Origin: Mytilus edulis
Taxonomy: Eukaryota
NCBI RefSeq assembly: GCF_963676685.1
Contig: NC_092355.1
Span: forward strand, 31,186,001-31,250,000
Reading direction: 5' to 3'
DNA length: 64,000 bases
Each line of letters starts with the position of its first letter. Positions within the stretch are counted from its first letter, which is position 1. The position numbers and the translations under genes are program-made. This document shows positions 23,401-34,676 of this stretch, one piece after another. The notes under the pieces are model-generated. The model was not told where the DNA came from. It worked only from the letters and a program-made list of their open reading frames with translations, and made no database searches.

Positions 23401-26250
23401 ATATGAATAATTTTGAATGATATTTCTAAATTGCCCACAATGAACTATTAGAAAAACCTGAAAACAAAAGTTTGTCTTTATAATTTACAAACTGTTTTGT
23501 TAAATGTGTCAAACGGACGACGGGTAGTCAAGTTTGTGAGGCAAATTATTTTTTTCTTTTGTGATCTTCCTCACAGCGCCTTTAGATAACCTGACCCAAA
23601 GGTCAAGCATATGTTCTTCCAATCACTTGTCGTTCGTCGTCTGTCGTCGTCCGTTAATATTTACCAAAATCTTTTTCTGAAACTTCTGAGCTATATTTAA
23701 TCAAACTAAGTCAGAGTCATTCTAAGGGTATCTAGTTTATAACTTGTGTCTGTTGATCCTGCCTGTCTACCAACATGGATGCCAACGGTAGAAAATAGAA
23801 CATGGGGATAAAATCCAAGTATCTTCTATTATCTTGCAAAGAGTTATAGAGAAAATCTAACAGTGCAGCAGAGGTTCAAAATATTTAAATCTAACTACCA
23901 TTTGCTTAGAAAAATATTCAGACGACTCTGTTTCGGAGTTTTCATGGTTATAAGCCTGAAAAGAAGATTTGTCTGCCATTTGTTGTTCTTTTGACTAATA
24001 TCTAACTAACTGCATTAGAGTGAGAACATCTCTAAATGCTAAACAAGATCATTACAGCATAATCTATAAATACGTTAACATGGCCGAATAGCCAATTGAC
24101 CTCTTGTAATAGTTATTGCACTTGAGAGAAGATTGTTTAGCCCTTTTAACTCTTAACAGCAAAACAGATCTGCTTTAAGACATACATGTACAAATTAACC
24201 ATTTAACATGGTCGAAATCGACAGTCGACACATAATAGAAGTTATTGCCCTTTTAAGACCTTTTTATTCATTTCTGTTGGCTTTTTTCTACTATAAAGTC
24301 ATTATGGCTAAAATTGTTTGATGATTCAACATAGGAGTAATGGCATTTGAAAGGTGATTTTAAACCATTGAACGTTTTTTTATGTAAACTATAACAAATA
24401 GAGAGAAACGATAAAAGGCTACGCGTATCAGCCGGACTCTATATACAGATCAGCTTGGCAACTTCAGTTTACTCATTGTATGAATAGACCACTTTCGAGT
24501 TTGTCCGTCACCGGATAAAACTCGTGAATTATGCATGTCTTTATGACGTCATTTACTAGATATAGGGATTCGCATGTATCCTTGCCTTATAAACTTTCAT
24601 CAAGCGTCTTAGTGATCGTCGTTGTGCAGGATAAACTAGAAATAATATTTGTATTGTAAGTACTTAATCAGAATTCCTTAATGACAGCAATGCTAAAAGA
24701 CAATTATGAGAAATCAAATTGCCGAATAATTCGCGCAACTTAGCTTTATAGTTTTCCAACCACTCGCTCAACCTTGGAAAGGTAGTGACGACGCCCCTAA
24801 ACGCACGAATGATGTTCACTAAAACCTAAGTTTTTGACGAAAATGTATCGAACTTGAAAGTGGTCTATTATTTCAACTTTAACGATCATGACGATAATGT
24901 TAAATTTTCTGGTTGTTTTTTTTTTTTTGGGGGGGGGGGAGGATAATAATTTGAAAAAATTATCTTGCATCGTATTAATTTTATATTTGAGCTATGTTTG
25001 CTTCTTGGAATCGCTAGTTGTAAGAATTTTCCTTTCTCGGTATTAAAGAAAAAACATTTTTTTTCTTATGTATAGTGTTTTGTTGTGGCAAAACATGAGA
25101 TAATTAAGTAAATTTTACCTTGCATTTCAGCTTCTAAGTGCTAAACTGAGATTATATATTATATACACACTGATATACTACATGCATATTAACGTATGTA
25201 CGACAATATGTAAAGGCTTTATACTATTCTTATTAATAACATGTTTTATCTTTCCTTTTAGACGGAGGCGAGGTCTGTATCCAGGTAATGTAGAATATAG
25301 CTTCTTTTTGCATTATTTTGAAGCAATAGGTCGCGTGCCGGAGTATTTACAAAGCATTACGAAAGGAGTTGCAAATTGGAGCATTGCATTTGGAGGAAAT
25401 AACTATATAAGCTATGATTCAGCTATCGAAAAAGTAGCAGACTATTATATCGATCCTACCAGAAGAGGTAAGTTTACCTGAGGAGGATATGTGTAACTTA
25501 TATTTTACATGTATATTAGTTTTATTATCGTACTATAGGGATCAATAAATCATTTCTCATAGAATATAGACTAGTTCATGAGTTGGCGATCATTTATATG
25601 TAACGTAACTCCGAAGTTTTGTCTTTTTGAAGTAAAAATGTAAAGAAATTATTACAAGTCGCAAATAATTAAATTGCATTAATGTATGACAGTCGAACTC
25701 CAAATGTATCACTTCGCATGTATTTACTACTAGTCTGAAGAAAGGATGACGCTTTTACAAAAAGTGATATAATTCATTTCCCAACTTCGAACAACTTCGT
25801 TTTGGAAAGGATAACAATTGTTATGCAATTTTATATATTATTTAATATCTAATAAATGTTACATAAGTTATATCTGTAACATTTAGTACAATGTGGTAAC
25901 ACAATTCTTGAAGACATAGTTCCTTGAAATCTCTGTTAAATAGATCATTATTTACGAGTTAAAAACTGCGAATAGTATTTTAATAGACATTTCTTAACTG
26001 ATATCGACCTAGTTACACGGTAAATGCAATATGAACATTTTTGTGAATTTGGATTGTTATATTAATTATAAGTATTTATATGTATGACTACGTTGTTTAT
26101 TTTTAATTTACAGTCGAAAGAAAAGACGCTATACGCACGATTGATGCCATTATTAGCATTAGAAAGAGGTATGGTCTTCTAGATGCTAACCATCAGCATA
26201 TCGTAGATGTGTGGACTGACGCAAGAAGAAGACTCTTTAAGGCACAGTGA
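17386..26250 (+). CDS. Four-exon gene for a 157-aa secreted preproprotein of unknown family
   Basis: Exons 17386-17449, 22504-22570, 25262-25467 and 26114-26250 total 474 nt. All introns are GT-AG with matching phases (1,2,1). Product: signal peptide, acidic pro-region, RRRR, and a Cys-free 110-aa mature region. Confidence 0.8.
20005..20260 (-). mobile_element. Retrozyme-type repeat with a degenerate minimal type I hammerhead ribozyme (20040-20083)
   Basis: Minus strand GCGTCA-CTGATGT-ATC TTTTGTA GAC-GAAA-CGCGCG-TC-TGGCGT: stem I, palindromic stem III and GUC site are present; core A9 is mutated. Confidence 0.7.
20288..20871. mobile_element. MITE / non-autonomous TIR element
   Basis: Inverted repeats AAAGGAGTAGGTCCGGTAAGG ... 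CCTTACCGGACCTACTCCTTT. Confidence 0.8.
20902..21503. mobile_element. MITE / non-autonomous TIR element, TA-flanked
   Basis: Inverted repeats GAGTGGGGTGCCCATTTTCGCC ... GGCGAAAATGAGCACCCCTCTC with TA on both sides. Confidence 0.75.
21523..22109. mobile_element. Possible solo LTR
   Basis: TGTT...AACA termini, ~590 bp, with an internal TATATA and polyA-signal-like hexamers. The flanks TAAC/TAAA are only a near-match TSD. Confidence 0.4.
22504..22570 (+). CDS. Secreted protein exon 2 (acidic propeptide EINWQKEAGDEKNNIGQEPKLE)
   Basis: AG at 22502-22503; donor AAG|GTAATA; phase 1 in and phase 2 out, bridging exons 1 and 3 exactly. Confidence 0.7.
22715..23399 (+). mobile_element. Non-autonomous Helitron
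   Basis: A|TC 5' end, hairpin ACCCGCGAAATCATGGGT, CTAG|T 3' end. Same family as 4679-5339. Confidence 0.8.
24483..24869. mobile_element. MITE / non-autonomous TIR element
   Basis: Inverted repeats AATAGACCACTTTCGAGTT ... AACTTGAAAGTGGTCTATT. Confidence 0.75.
25262..25467 (+). CDS. Secreted protein exon 3 (RRRR site and start of the mature peptide GLYPGNVEYSFF...)
   Basis: Polypyrimidine tract plus TTTTAG acceptor; donor AGAG|GTAAGT; open frame. Confidence 0.8.
26114..26250 (+). CDS. Secreted protein exon 4 (VERKDAIRTIDAIISIRKRYGLLDANHQHIVDVWTDARRRLFKAQ*)
   Basis: TTTACAG acceptor, phase 1, open to TGA at 26248-26250. Confidence 0.8.
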
Positions 26251-28027
26251 AGCAGAAAATTTACAAGATTAACCTTACTTTAAACTTTATCATATGTAAA
26301 AAAATTACATGTAATTATATATGAGAGAGAGAGACTGAAAGAGATTCATTATAGTACATCCATGCTTATACATGTATCATACTCTAAAAAAAATGCTATT
26401 TGAATTCAGGCATTATTTTCCTTCTAATCGAGATCGTTTTTTACAAATAGTCCTGTCGGTGGTGTTTGGTGTCATACAATTGAGGTCCTAACCAAAAATT
26501 TATAAATCATTTTTTGTTTTACGTAGCTTGATCGATTAATCAAACCACGTAGGAAGGAACACAAAAGGTATGTTACTTCTAAACTGGCTTAAAATCAAGT
26601 TGACACTAACTTGTAATAATATACCCAAGATCTACCACAAACTCTACTATATGTGTCAATTTCATTACAACTGATCAGGGAAAATATACAGATCCTGTGA
26701 CATTGCCTTATTTTGGACGATGACCAACGCTCTGTTCTACTTTCTGTGTATCTTCTAGTTTTGTCGTAATTATACACACCTTCAAAATGTGAAGGCTGAA
26801 ATTTAATTGGCTGATATAATAATTACTACAACAGAAAATAGAACTGTGTTTTAATCAGATTAATTTGTAATGAACCTGTCTAGATCAACTTCTAATCATA
26901 CACGGTCTAAGTTTTATCATGAAGTAAATCTCTGTAATCAGTAAATTGTCATGTGACAATTATTTTATCACTATGGGCGTATATGTATGTAAGTTCTAAG
27001 CTAAGGTATGTTTTATTTTGATAAAATTGTTTCTTCTGCATCGTCTACATATTATATAGTGATTTGAATGACTCTTACATCCAAATATCAAACTATTATC
27101 ATGGACAGACAATCATTGTTGAATTGTTATGAATGTATGCCTCCAAATTATATAGGTAGACTGATAAGTCATGTTTGTTTTTCTCCAAAAATCTTACTCG
27201 TAATATAAGACATCAAACGGTCACGAAGTATGAAATCACATACATTAAAACTTACTGCAATGAACAGTCATGTTTGTTTTCTTCCAGAAAGGTCAAACGC
27301 GTTCTTATACATCAAACGGGCATCAAATGTGGAATCACATGGCATAAAGTTCACTGCATTCTCATACTAAACACCGGTACAAATTGAACACTGGTCTCAT
27401 CTTTCAATGACAATAAGACGCCAAAATTAATTAAAGGCCAAAGGATGGCTCCATGGTGATTTTCTGTGTATTTTCAATATAAGTCTATATGCATTTCAAC
27501 ATGTTCGTAATTACAAGATATAACTACAATGTATGTACTATCAATAGTGCGTTCAACTTTTGATATATATCCTGGTCATTGTTAATGAAACAAAATAACC
27601 ATTTTAAACTTGAATAACAAACAAAACTCATTTCCGTTTGTACATTGTTTATCAGTCTTCTAGCGTTCTTGTGAACTAAGCTTCGGGGAAAAATAATTAA
27701 ATTTGAATGATCATTCTTCCTAACAGAATCACAAAAAAGACGAACAAAACACTTGTTGATAGCAAGAAGATAATTTTCAGAAATAGCTTCTTCCTGAACT
27801 ATACATATTATTCCAATTATTTATATGATTTAATTACAGAATTAACCAACTGAACCTTTTTGCTTGGTATTATGTGACCTTTCGTTGAATATAACAGTCA
27901 TGTACTAAATATGTAATTGTTAGTATTTCCATTATATTAGAATATGAAGATGTGATATAATAGCCAATGAGATACCCATTCATCAGATACCTCAAAATGA
28001 AATAAAATTTACCTTTCATGTTGCACT

Positions 28028-29725
28028 CAAAGAGTCGTTATTAATGGTCAGACATCATCGAGTCAAAACACCTATGCTGGTGTACACCCGGGCTCTATAC
28101 TCGGTCCTCTGCTTTTTCTTATCTATGTTAAAGATATTAAAGTTGGAATTATCATCAATATCAAACTGTTCGCTGATGTAACTTCCCTTGTCAAACAAAT
28201 TGATGACATCTCTGATTGTTTTCAAACTCTGAACAGTGACCGCGACACATTGAACACATGGGCCAATCAATGGTGTGTAACTTTCAATGCACAAAAAACT
28301 GTGTATCTTATTATTTCTAAGAAGAAGCAAATACCCCATTACCCCCCATTGATCTTAAATAATGTGATTATAAAGAGAGTTAAACATTTAGGTTTTATTT
28401 TGAATGATAAACTTTCTTGGACCGATCATATTGCTGACATTTGTAAGAAATGTCATAGTAAACTGAACACTATCTTAAGGATGCGACATATATTATTTAG
28501 AGTATGCATTGAAGAATTATATAAACCATTTCTTCGTTCATTGCTAGACCATGCAGATGTCATCTACTATAACTGCTCTAGCGCCGATTTTGCAAACATT
28601 TAACATGTACAAAGACGTGCCTGCATTATATCTACTTGGGCAATCAGGGTCACAAAACATGTCATTTTATTGAGAGAGGTTAGCCTTGAGCGCCTTTAAA
28701 CACGTCATCAAGTTCTTAGACTTACATACCTGTACAAAATTAAAATCATCTTGTCCAAGATTATCTCTGTTATATCCATCCATTGTTCCATCATAACACC
28801 GAAAACTATAACTTATGACGACATGCCAACGTGATACCCATCAGGTCAAGAACAGTAGCATAATATAATTATTGCATGTCTTCTAGCTACTATTAAAGAC
28901 TGATTTTCAGCAACATCTTTGGCGAGTTTCAAAAAGTTGTTAAAGAAAAAGAATCTCAATGTATGAAGTAAAAAAAAATATATTCACAAGGACATGGTTA
29001 TGAGAAAAAGATTCATACTAGATTACGCTTAGGGCTTAATGCCCTTATTGACCTCTTGTACAAATATAATCTTACATTAAATAGGTTTTTCGATTTCTGC
29101 CCAGGTAACCGTATTGAAAGCACTAAGCACTATTAATTTATTGCGCCCGTTTCATGAACTATCGGATTACTCTTCTACTTGGTATTAAGAATCTGATTTG
29201 TCCGGATATAAATAAAGCAATGTTGCGGGATCTATGTCCCAACTATCTGAGCAAAATTTTGATAGAAGGTAGTGACCATTTGTCTGATGATACTAATTTA
29301 GAGTTGTTTGAGTGTGTGTTTCGATATATTAAATCTTCAAACAGATTTTCTCGATAGCTAAATAACTTATTTGTACTTTATTTTTTCCTTGTAATTAAAC
29401 ATATAAGGTATGAAAAACACTTTCCATTGGATCTGATTGTACTCAAAATCGTCTTTCGGTAATCAGTATGCTATATTTCTGAATCATACATGTTTGTAAA
29501 GTTGTGTGCATGTGAGTAAGAATGAGCGAGTGATTGGATGGGTGTGTAGTCAAATTACATTCTTATGTCTTGTCCTGTAAATATTGTCTTGTCTTGTGTT
29601 TAACATGTTTGTAAACTTTAAAAAAAAACTAACTTTGTTAATTTTGAATCTATATATATCTATGTTGAGGAGACACACCCGTAGCCTCTGGTTGTTTGCA
29701 TCCTCTTTAAATAATTTAATAAAAA
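28028..29725 (+). mobile_element. 5'-truncated, degraded CR1-clade-like LINE (RT C-terminal part and 3' UTR)
   Basis: QRVVING...AGVHPGSILGPLLFLIYVKD...IKLFADVTSL...WANQWCVTFNAQKT...KHLGFILNDKLSWTDHI...HTRLRLGL...FRYIKSSNRF, with many stops and frameshifts. Confidence 0.85.
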
Positions 29726-30353
29726 GTGTGTAGGTAATTGCTGCTTGGATATTGGTAGGACATGTTGAAATAAAACAATCAAAATAAGAAATCTGACGTG
29801 AAAATGTTTAGTTTCCCGACCTTCAGTGTCATATGTCTAGATGTATGTATATATACATGTTTCTCAGAATTATAAGTTGTTAAATTTTCTCAAGACTTTT
29901 AATATTTAGTTACAGGACATTGTATAATATATATAAAGCGTAACGTCGAGATAAAGGATCACACTACCGTATTGTGCAATACAGCTTTGTAATTCGTATG
30001 AATGAAGTGAACTGTGGGGTGTTTTCATGTCAGATCTTTTGGGGATTTTTTCATGACCATCGTTCATAATAATTAGTAGTTCGTCCGTATAGAGGACCAT
30101 CTGCTTGTCTATAAAATATATAAATTTTCAACAGTAATGTATATGCAACATACATTCTGCAAACACAAAACACTTAGAAATGTAACAATGAACAATCTTT
30201 AAAAAGCCCCCTGCGTATATCCCAAGTGAGAGCGCTCCTATATATAACGGAGAAAAATACCTGAATAGAATGAGAGCCCGGATTAAGATTGATACTGCTG
30301 ATATTGATTCTCAGTCAGATGAAATCATCATCGTTTTGTCCACGACATTTGAA

Positions 30354-30560
30354 TACTGCAAACCAACTAAGTATCGCGACAGATTTATTTTCGCGACTTT
30401 CGAGAGTAAATTTATAACACGAAAATTGATCGTCGGAAATATTTTTTAAAAGATCTTTTCTTATTCACCTACATTACGTAGTTTGAAAATCGTCGCGTAA
30501 TTAACTAGAATAAGATAAACGCGAAATAAAGTATCCGCGAAAATAATTTGGTTTACAGTG
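30354..30560. mobile_element. MITE (Tc1/mariner-type ends)
   Basis: TACTGCAAACCAA ... TTGGTTTACAGTG inverted ends with internal TTTCGCG/CGCGAAA repeats. A second degraded MITE lies at about 30660-30846. Confidence 0.6.
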
Positions 30561-30949
30561 TGTACATAAATACTTACTTTTAGGGCACGTAATTAAAGCG
30601 TAAATTGTATCCTGCACATGCATAATTAGGATCATGTCCTGTGACAGATATTGTATGAATTGTGGATTCATCATTATACGTTGGATACAGAATTTCGTGA
30701 ATTTCGTGGGTACAGGAGAACCAGGAATTAAAAAGCATCATTTTTGCTAAAAGTTAATATACATACTTTGCAAAAACCATGAAATTAGATATTGTTTATC
30801 TCAATCAACGAACATTGGTACCCTCGAAAACAAACGAATCCACAGTGTAAAGCACAAGTTTTCTATTGTAGACCTAGGCAACCGATTTAGAATCTAACTT
30901 CGACCATGCAAGTCTACCTGTTCGCCAATTATATAAAAGGTCTGTCATA

Positions 30950-31292
30950 ATGAATAAGTATACCAATAAATCAAGTAATCAAAGTGAATATGACAATGAG
31001 CTTGTGTATGGAATGAGAAAAATAACGTATTGGGAAAAATATGGCGTTAAACGCTTTCTGTACCGCGGATGACGACAATAATGCACACCTTTTCTCGAGT
31101 AACATTTTGATGGTCGAATAGGTATCTCAAAAGACGTATTTGGTCTCACTATTCACCAGTTTGAAAAGAAATTCAAAGCCTGTTTAAAAAGAATGAAACA
31201 TAATTCACAGTGGATTTTGAATTTTGGATTTCCTGTTAAATGTTCGATCGAGTACCTTGAATATTTAGAGAATTGTGAAGATCGTGATGAAG
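30950..31292 (+). pseudogene. cGLR copy 2, first coding exon (three in-frame stops)
   Basis: MNKYTNKSSNQSEYDNELVYGMRKITYWEKYGVKRFLYRG*RQ*CTPFLE*HFDG...YLEYLENCEDRDE; donor G|GTAACC at 31293. Confidence 0.85.
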
Positions 31293-31320
31293 GTAACCAT
31301 ACAATATCATACTACACGTA

Positions 31321-31489
31321 GGGGCATCAGTGGCCGAGTGGTCTAGGTAGTTACTTCTGTAATCACTAGCCAGTCAACACTGAGGTTGTTAGTTCGACTC
31401 CCGCTCGTGCGGGTGAACTCGACTCGAATCTTAATTGACTAGTATTGTCAGTTTTCCTATCGAAGGTCGGTGGTTTTCTCCGGACACTC
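31321..31489 (+). mobile_element. tRNA-derived SINE fragment (V-SINE-like core)
   Basis: A box TGGCCGAGTGG, B box AGTTCGACTCC, followed by GGTGGTTTTCTCCGGACACTC. Confidence 0.7.
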
Positions 31490-32217
31490 AAAACAATTTT
31501 CATCATTGATCAAATTTAAGCAAAACCAATAATGTCTCGTTTAGAATATATATCTATATATTATTATGTTATAATGTCAGCAAAAAGAACAGTAACACTA
31601 ATTCATTTGTAATTGTCCTGACTGTCTATGCCGATATGCATTATTTATACAATTTTAAACACGGTTGTAAAAGTTGAGAGAAGCGTTCAAATCATACAAA
31701 CGTATCTGACACTTAACTTACAATGCGACGAATGAAAATTTTTAAATGAAAACAAATTAGACTTTATAAATTTTAATCGTCCGAATCACTTTTCTAGCTT
31801 TAAGGTCATTATCAACTCAAAAGTGTGGAAGTCAATGATGTATAACTATCAAAACACGTGACGAGCTATTCGACTATAAGCCACCGAAATGAAGCAATAA
31901 TATATATGGTCAACATTGAAAGCCGGAATTGAAACCTTCCGTTCTGAATAATTTCAGAATCAATCAAAGCACAATTTAAGAAAAAATGTCACAATTCTTA
32001 TCAGCACCAACACACTGACAACTAAGCGTACAACATCCTCATGTATCACTAGCCAAGTATTCAGTACATTAAAGTTGGAATACATTGTCAGCGATATAGT
32101 TTTCAAAACACTCATCAGAGACGCTGAAAGCACAAAACCTTAAATGCCATATAAAGTATAATGATGCGAGCATTGGGTAGTAAAAATTCGAAACAAATTT
32201 ATTGCAAATACAGCTAA

Positions 32218-33803
32218 GGCCACACCAATTTGATTCCTTGTTCGACGGACCCGCCCGCACCTATTTTTTTCAAAACAGAATATTTTTATTCCCGCTTCCC
32301 GCATCCGGAAATGTAATCATGTCCATTTCCCGCACCGTTTTTTTTTTGTAGATATTATAAAAAGATATCAACATTTGTTTTAAAATCACAGTCTAACCTG
32401 TATATAACGATTTTAAACATAAAAGCACCCCACCACACTGTGTAAATATCTGTGAGAATATTTGTTTTAGCATGAAACCTATTTATCAAAAGTGAAAGTG
32501 CTCCGATGTAAATTTACAACAGCGGGAATACCTGTAAAGAACAAAAAAATGGTTTCTTTCCCACTTACTTATATTCCCTATCAAAACATGTTCGTTGTTA
32601 GAATAAACGATAAAGTACAAAGAACTTCTGAAGGATTTGCCCTCAACTGCAATTCTATTGTATGCTGGCGAAGCAAACTATCCATAGCCGCTGCATGTTT
32701 ATGCACCTGTCCTGATTGATTCAGGGACCTGTCGTTCAGCAGTTATCATTTGTTGATGTGGTTCATTGGTATTTTCTGGTTCGGATATATAAATTAGATC
32801 GTTGGTTTTCCTGTTCGAATTGTGTACGCTAATAATTTTGGGGTCCTTTTTAGCTTGCTGTTTGGTAGCCCTGTGTAAAACGCCGTACTTTGACCTTTGT
32901 TTGTTATTATCAGGTTGAGAACAATCCTCCCTCAGACAAGGGGTCATTTTACTGATGTAGAAAAGAAAATAGAAATACCAAGGATTTGTATAGTTCTTCT
33001 ATACAAAACCTTTGAAAACTTAGAATTTTGTACTCAAAAAGAGGAAAGTTACATCATATGTTAAACAACTTTTTCTAAAAGAGGGGTCCACTTATTTTGA
33101 ATAATATTAAACTGTTAAAGTAAATATCAGTGGCGGATCCAGAAATTTTCATAAGTGGGGGCCCACTGACTGCCTAAGAGGGGGCCCGCTCCAGTCACGC
33201 TTCAGTGATTCCCTATATAAGCAACCAAATTTTTTCCAAAAAAGGAGGGCCCGGGCCCCCTGCCCCCCCCCCCCCTAAATCCGCCTCTGAATATGTTAAC
33301 ATGGTTAAAGTCCAGGAATATTACAAAAATTCTTGGACATGTTTTGACCATTTAATATCAGATAGTTCTATGAGAAAATATGAGCCCTTTTGTACAAACA
33401 AATATATCATATTTTATATTGATCCCTCATAAAACATGTAAAAGGGATATTTATAACATTAAGTGGTTGCCCCAAAACTGATTATGACTTGGATTGAGAA
33501 TTGTCTCATTGTCAGTTACACATACATAGACCAGATTTAATTATTTCTTGGTGAACAGGGAAAAAATACTTCAGAAATTAAAGAAATGTCAAAGTACAAG
33601 TGATAAATCAAGTTTTAATATTGTCAAAACCTACTATTTTATGTTTACAAAAAAAAATTATAATCGCTCGCCTTTACTTTTGAAGCTTCGCCTCAAAAAT
33701 TTTTAAATTAAATATTTTTTTTATTAAAATTCTCAAATCGCTCGCTCGCCCCAAATTTTGGAGTCCAAAAATCCGTAGAACAGGAAATTAAATTGGTGTG
33801 GCC
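32218..33803. mobile_element. Non-autonomous PIF/Harbinger-type element
   Basis: Imperfect ~30-bp TIRs GGCCACACCAATTT...AAATTGGTGTGGCC with a 3-bp TAA TSD (32215-32217 and 33804-33806). It splits a retrozyme-type repeat. Confidence 0.8.
33128..33289. mobile_element. MITE nested in the Harbinger-type element
   Basis: TIR CAGTGGCGGATCCAG / CTAAATCCGCCTCTG with a 5-bp AATAT duplication. Confidence 0.8.
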
Positions 33804-33876
33804 TAAGAAAATCTATTTCTGGTGTATAATATTCATAATACTTGTATATATATATATCATATATATATATATATAT

Positions 33877-34676
33877 ACTCAGACGTACTTATGAATATAA
33901 TTATTTTCTGTGACTGTATCTTACATTAATTTGTAGGATCCTTTACTATAGATAATTTAGCTGATCTGTAACAATAACATCTTCATGCCTTATATATCAT
34001 GTACTGTAGTACGCCGCTAGATTAAAACTGACGTGGAAAGGTAACACATGCCCACCGAAAGCTCTTTTTTGAGAGCCCAGGTGGTCGTGTGGTCTAGCGG
34101 GACGGCTGCAGTGCAGGCGATTTGGTGTCACGATATCACAGTAGCATGGGTTCGAATCCCGGCGAGGGAAGAACCAAAAATTTGCGAAAGCAAATTTACA
34201 GATCTAACATTGTTGGGTTGATGTTTAGACGAGTTGTATATACATTATGTACACAGCCATGTATCACCATCATTGATGGCGATCCGATGGATACGTCTGT
34301 TGTAGGGTTGTCACTGACTCAGACGTACTTATGAATATAATTATTTTCTGTGACTGTATCTTACATTAATTTGTAGGATCCTTTACTATAGATAATTTAG
34401 CTGATCTGTAACAATAACATCTTCATGCCTTATATATCATGTACTGTAGTACGCCGCTAGATTAAAACTGACGTGGAAAGGTAACATATGCCCACCGAAA
34501 GCTCTTTTTTGAGAGCCCAGGTGGTCGTGTGGTCTAGCGGGACGGCTGCAGTGCAGGCGATTTGGTGTCACGATATCACAGTAGCATGGGTTCGAATCCC
34601 GGCGAGGGAAGAACCAAAAATTTGCGAAAGCAAATTTACAGATCTAACATTGTTGGGTTGATGTTTAGACGAGTTG
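33877..34676 (+). repeat. Tandem array (1.8 units, 440-bp period) of a Pol III-type structured-RNA retroelement in a (TA)n tract
   Basis: Near-identical direct repeats at offset 440; A box 34082-34092, B box 34149-34159, T6 runs at 34065-34070 and 34505-34510; (TA)n on both flanks. Confidence 0.85.
34071..34510 (+). ncRNA. Predicted 440-nt Pol III transcript with base-paired 5' and 3' ends
   Basis: G start 11 nt before the A box. The only T-run of 5 or more in the unit is at its end. The 5' ~45 nt are complementary to the 3' ~70 nt, and there are several internal hairpins. Confidence 0.5.

Noticed and set aside
34028-34080. Hammerhead ribozyme in the 440-bp unit (CTGACG...CGAAA)
   Set aside because: There is no UH cleavage site after the putative stem III (it reads CC), A9 is absent in array 1, stem II is poor, and a stronger alternative pairing exists.
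34075-34170. Functional tRNA gene
   Set aside because: A and B boxes are present but there is no valid cloverleaf or anticodon arm. The same applies to 31321-31410 (SINE head).
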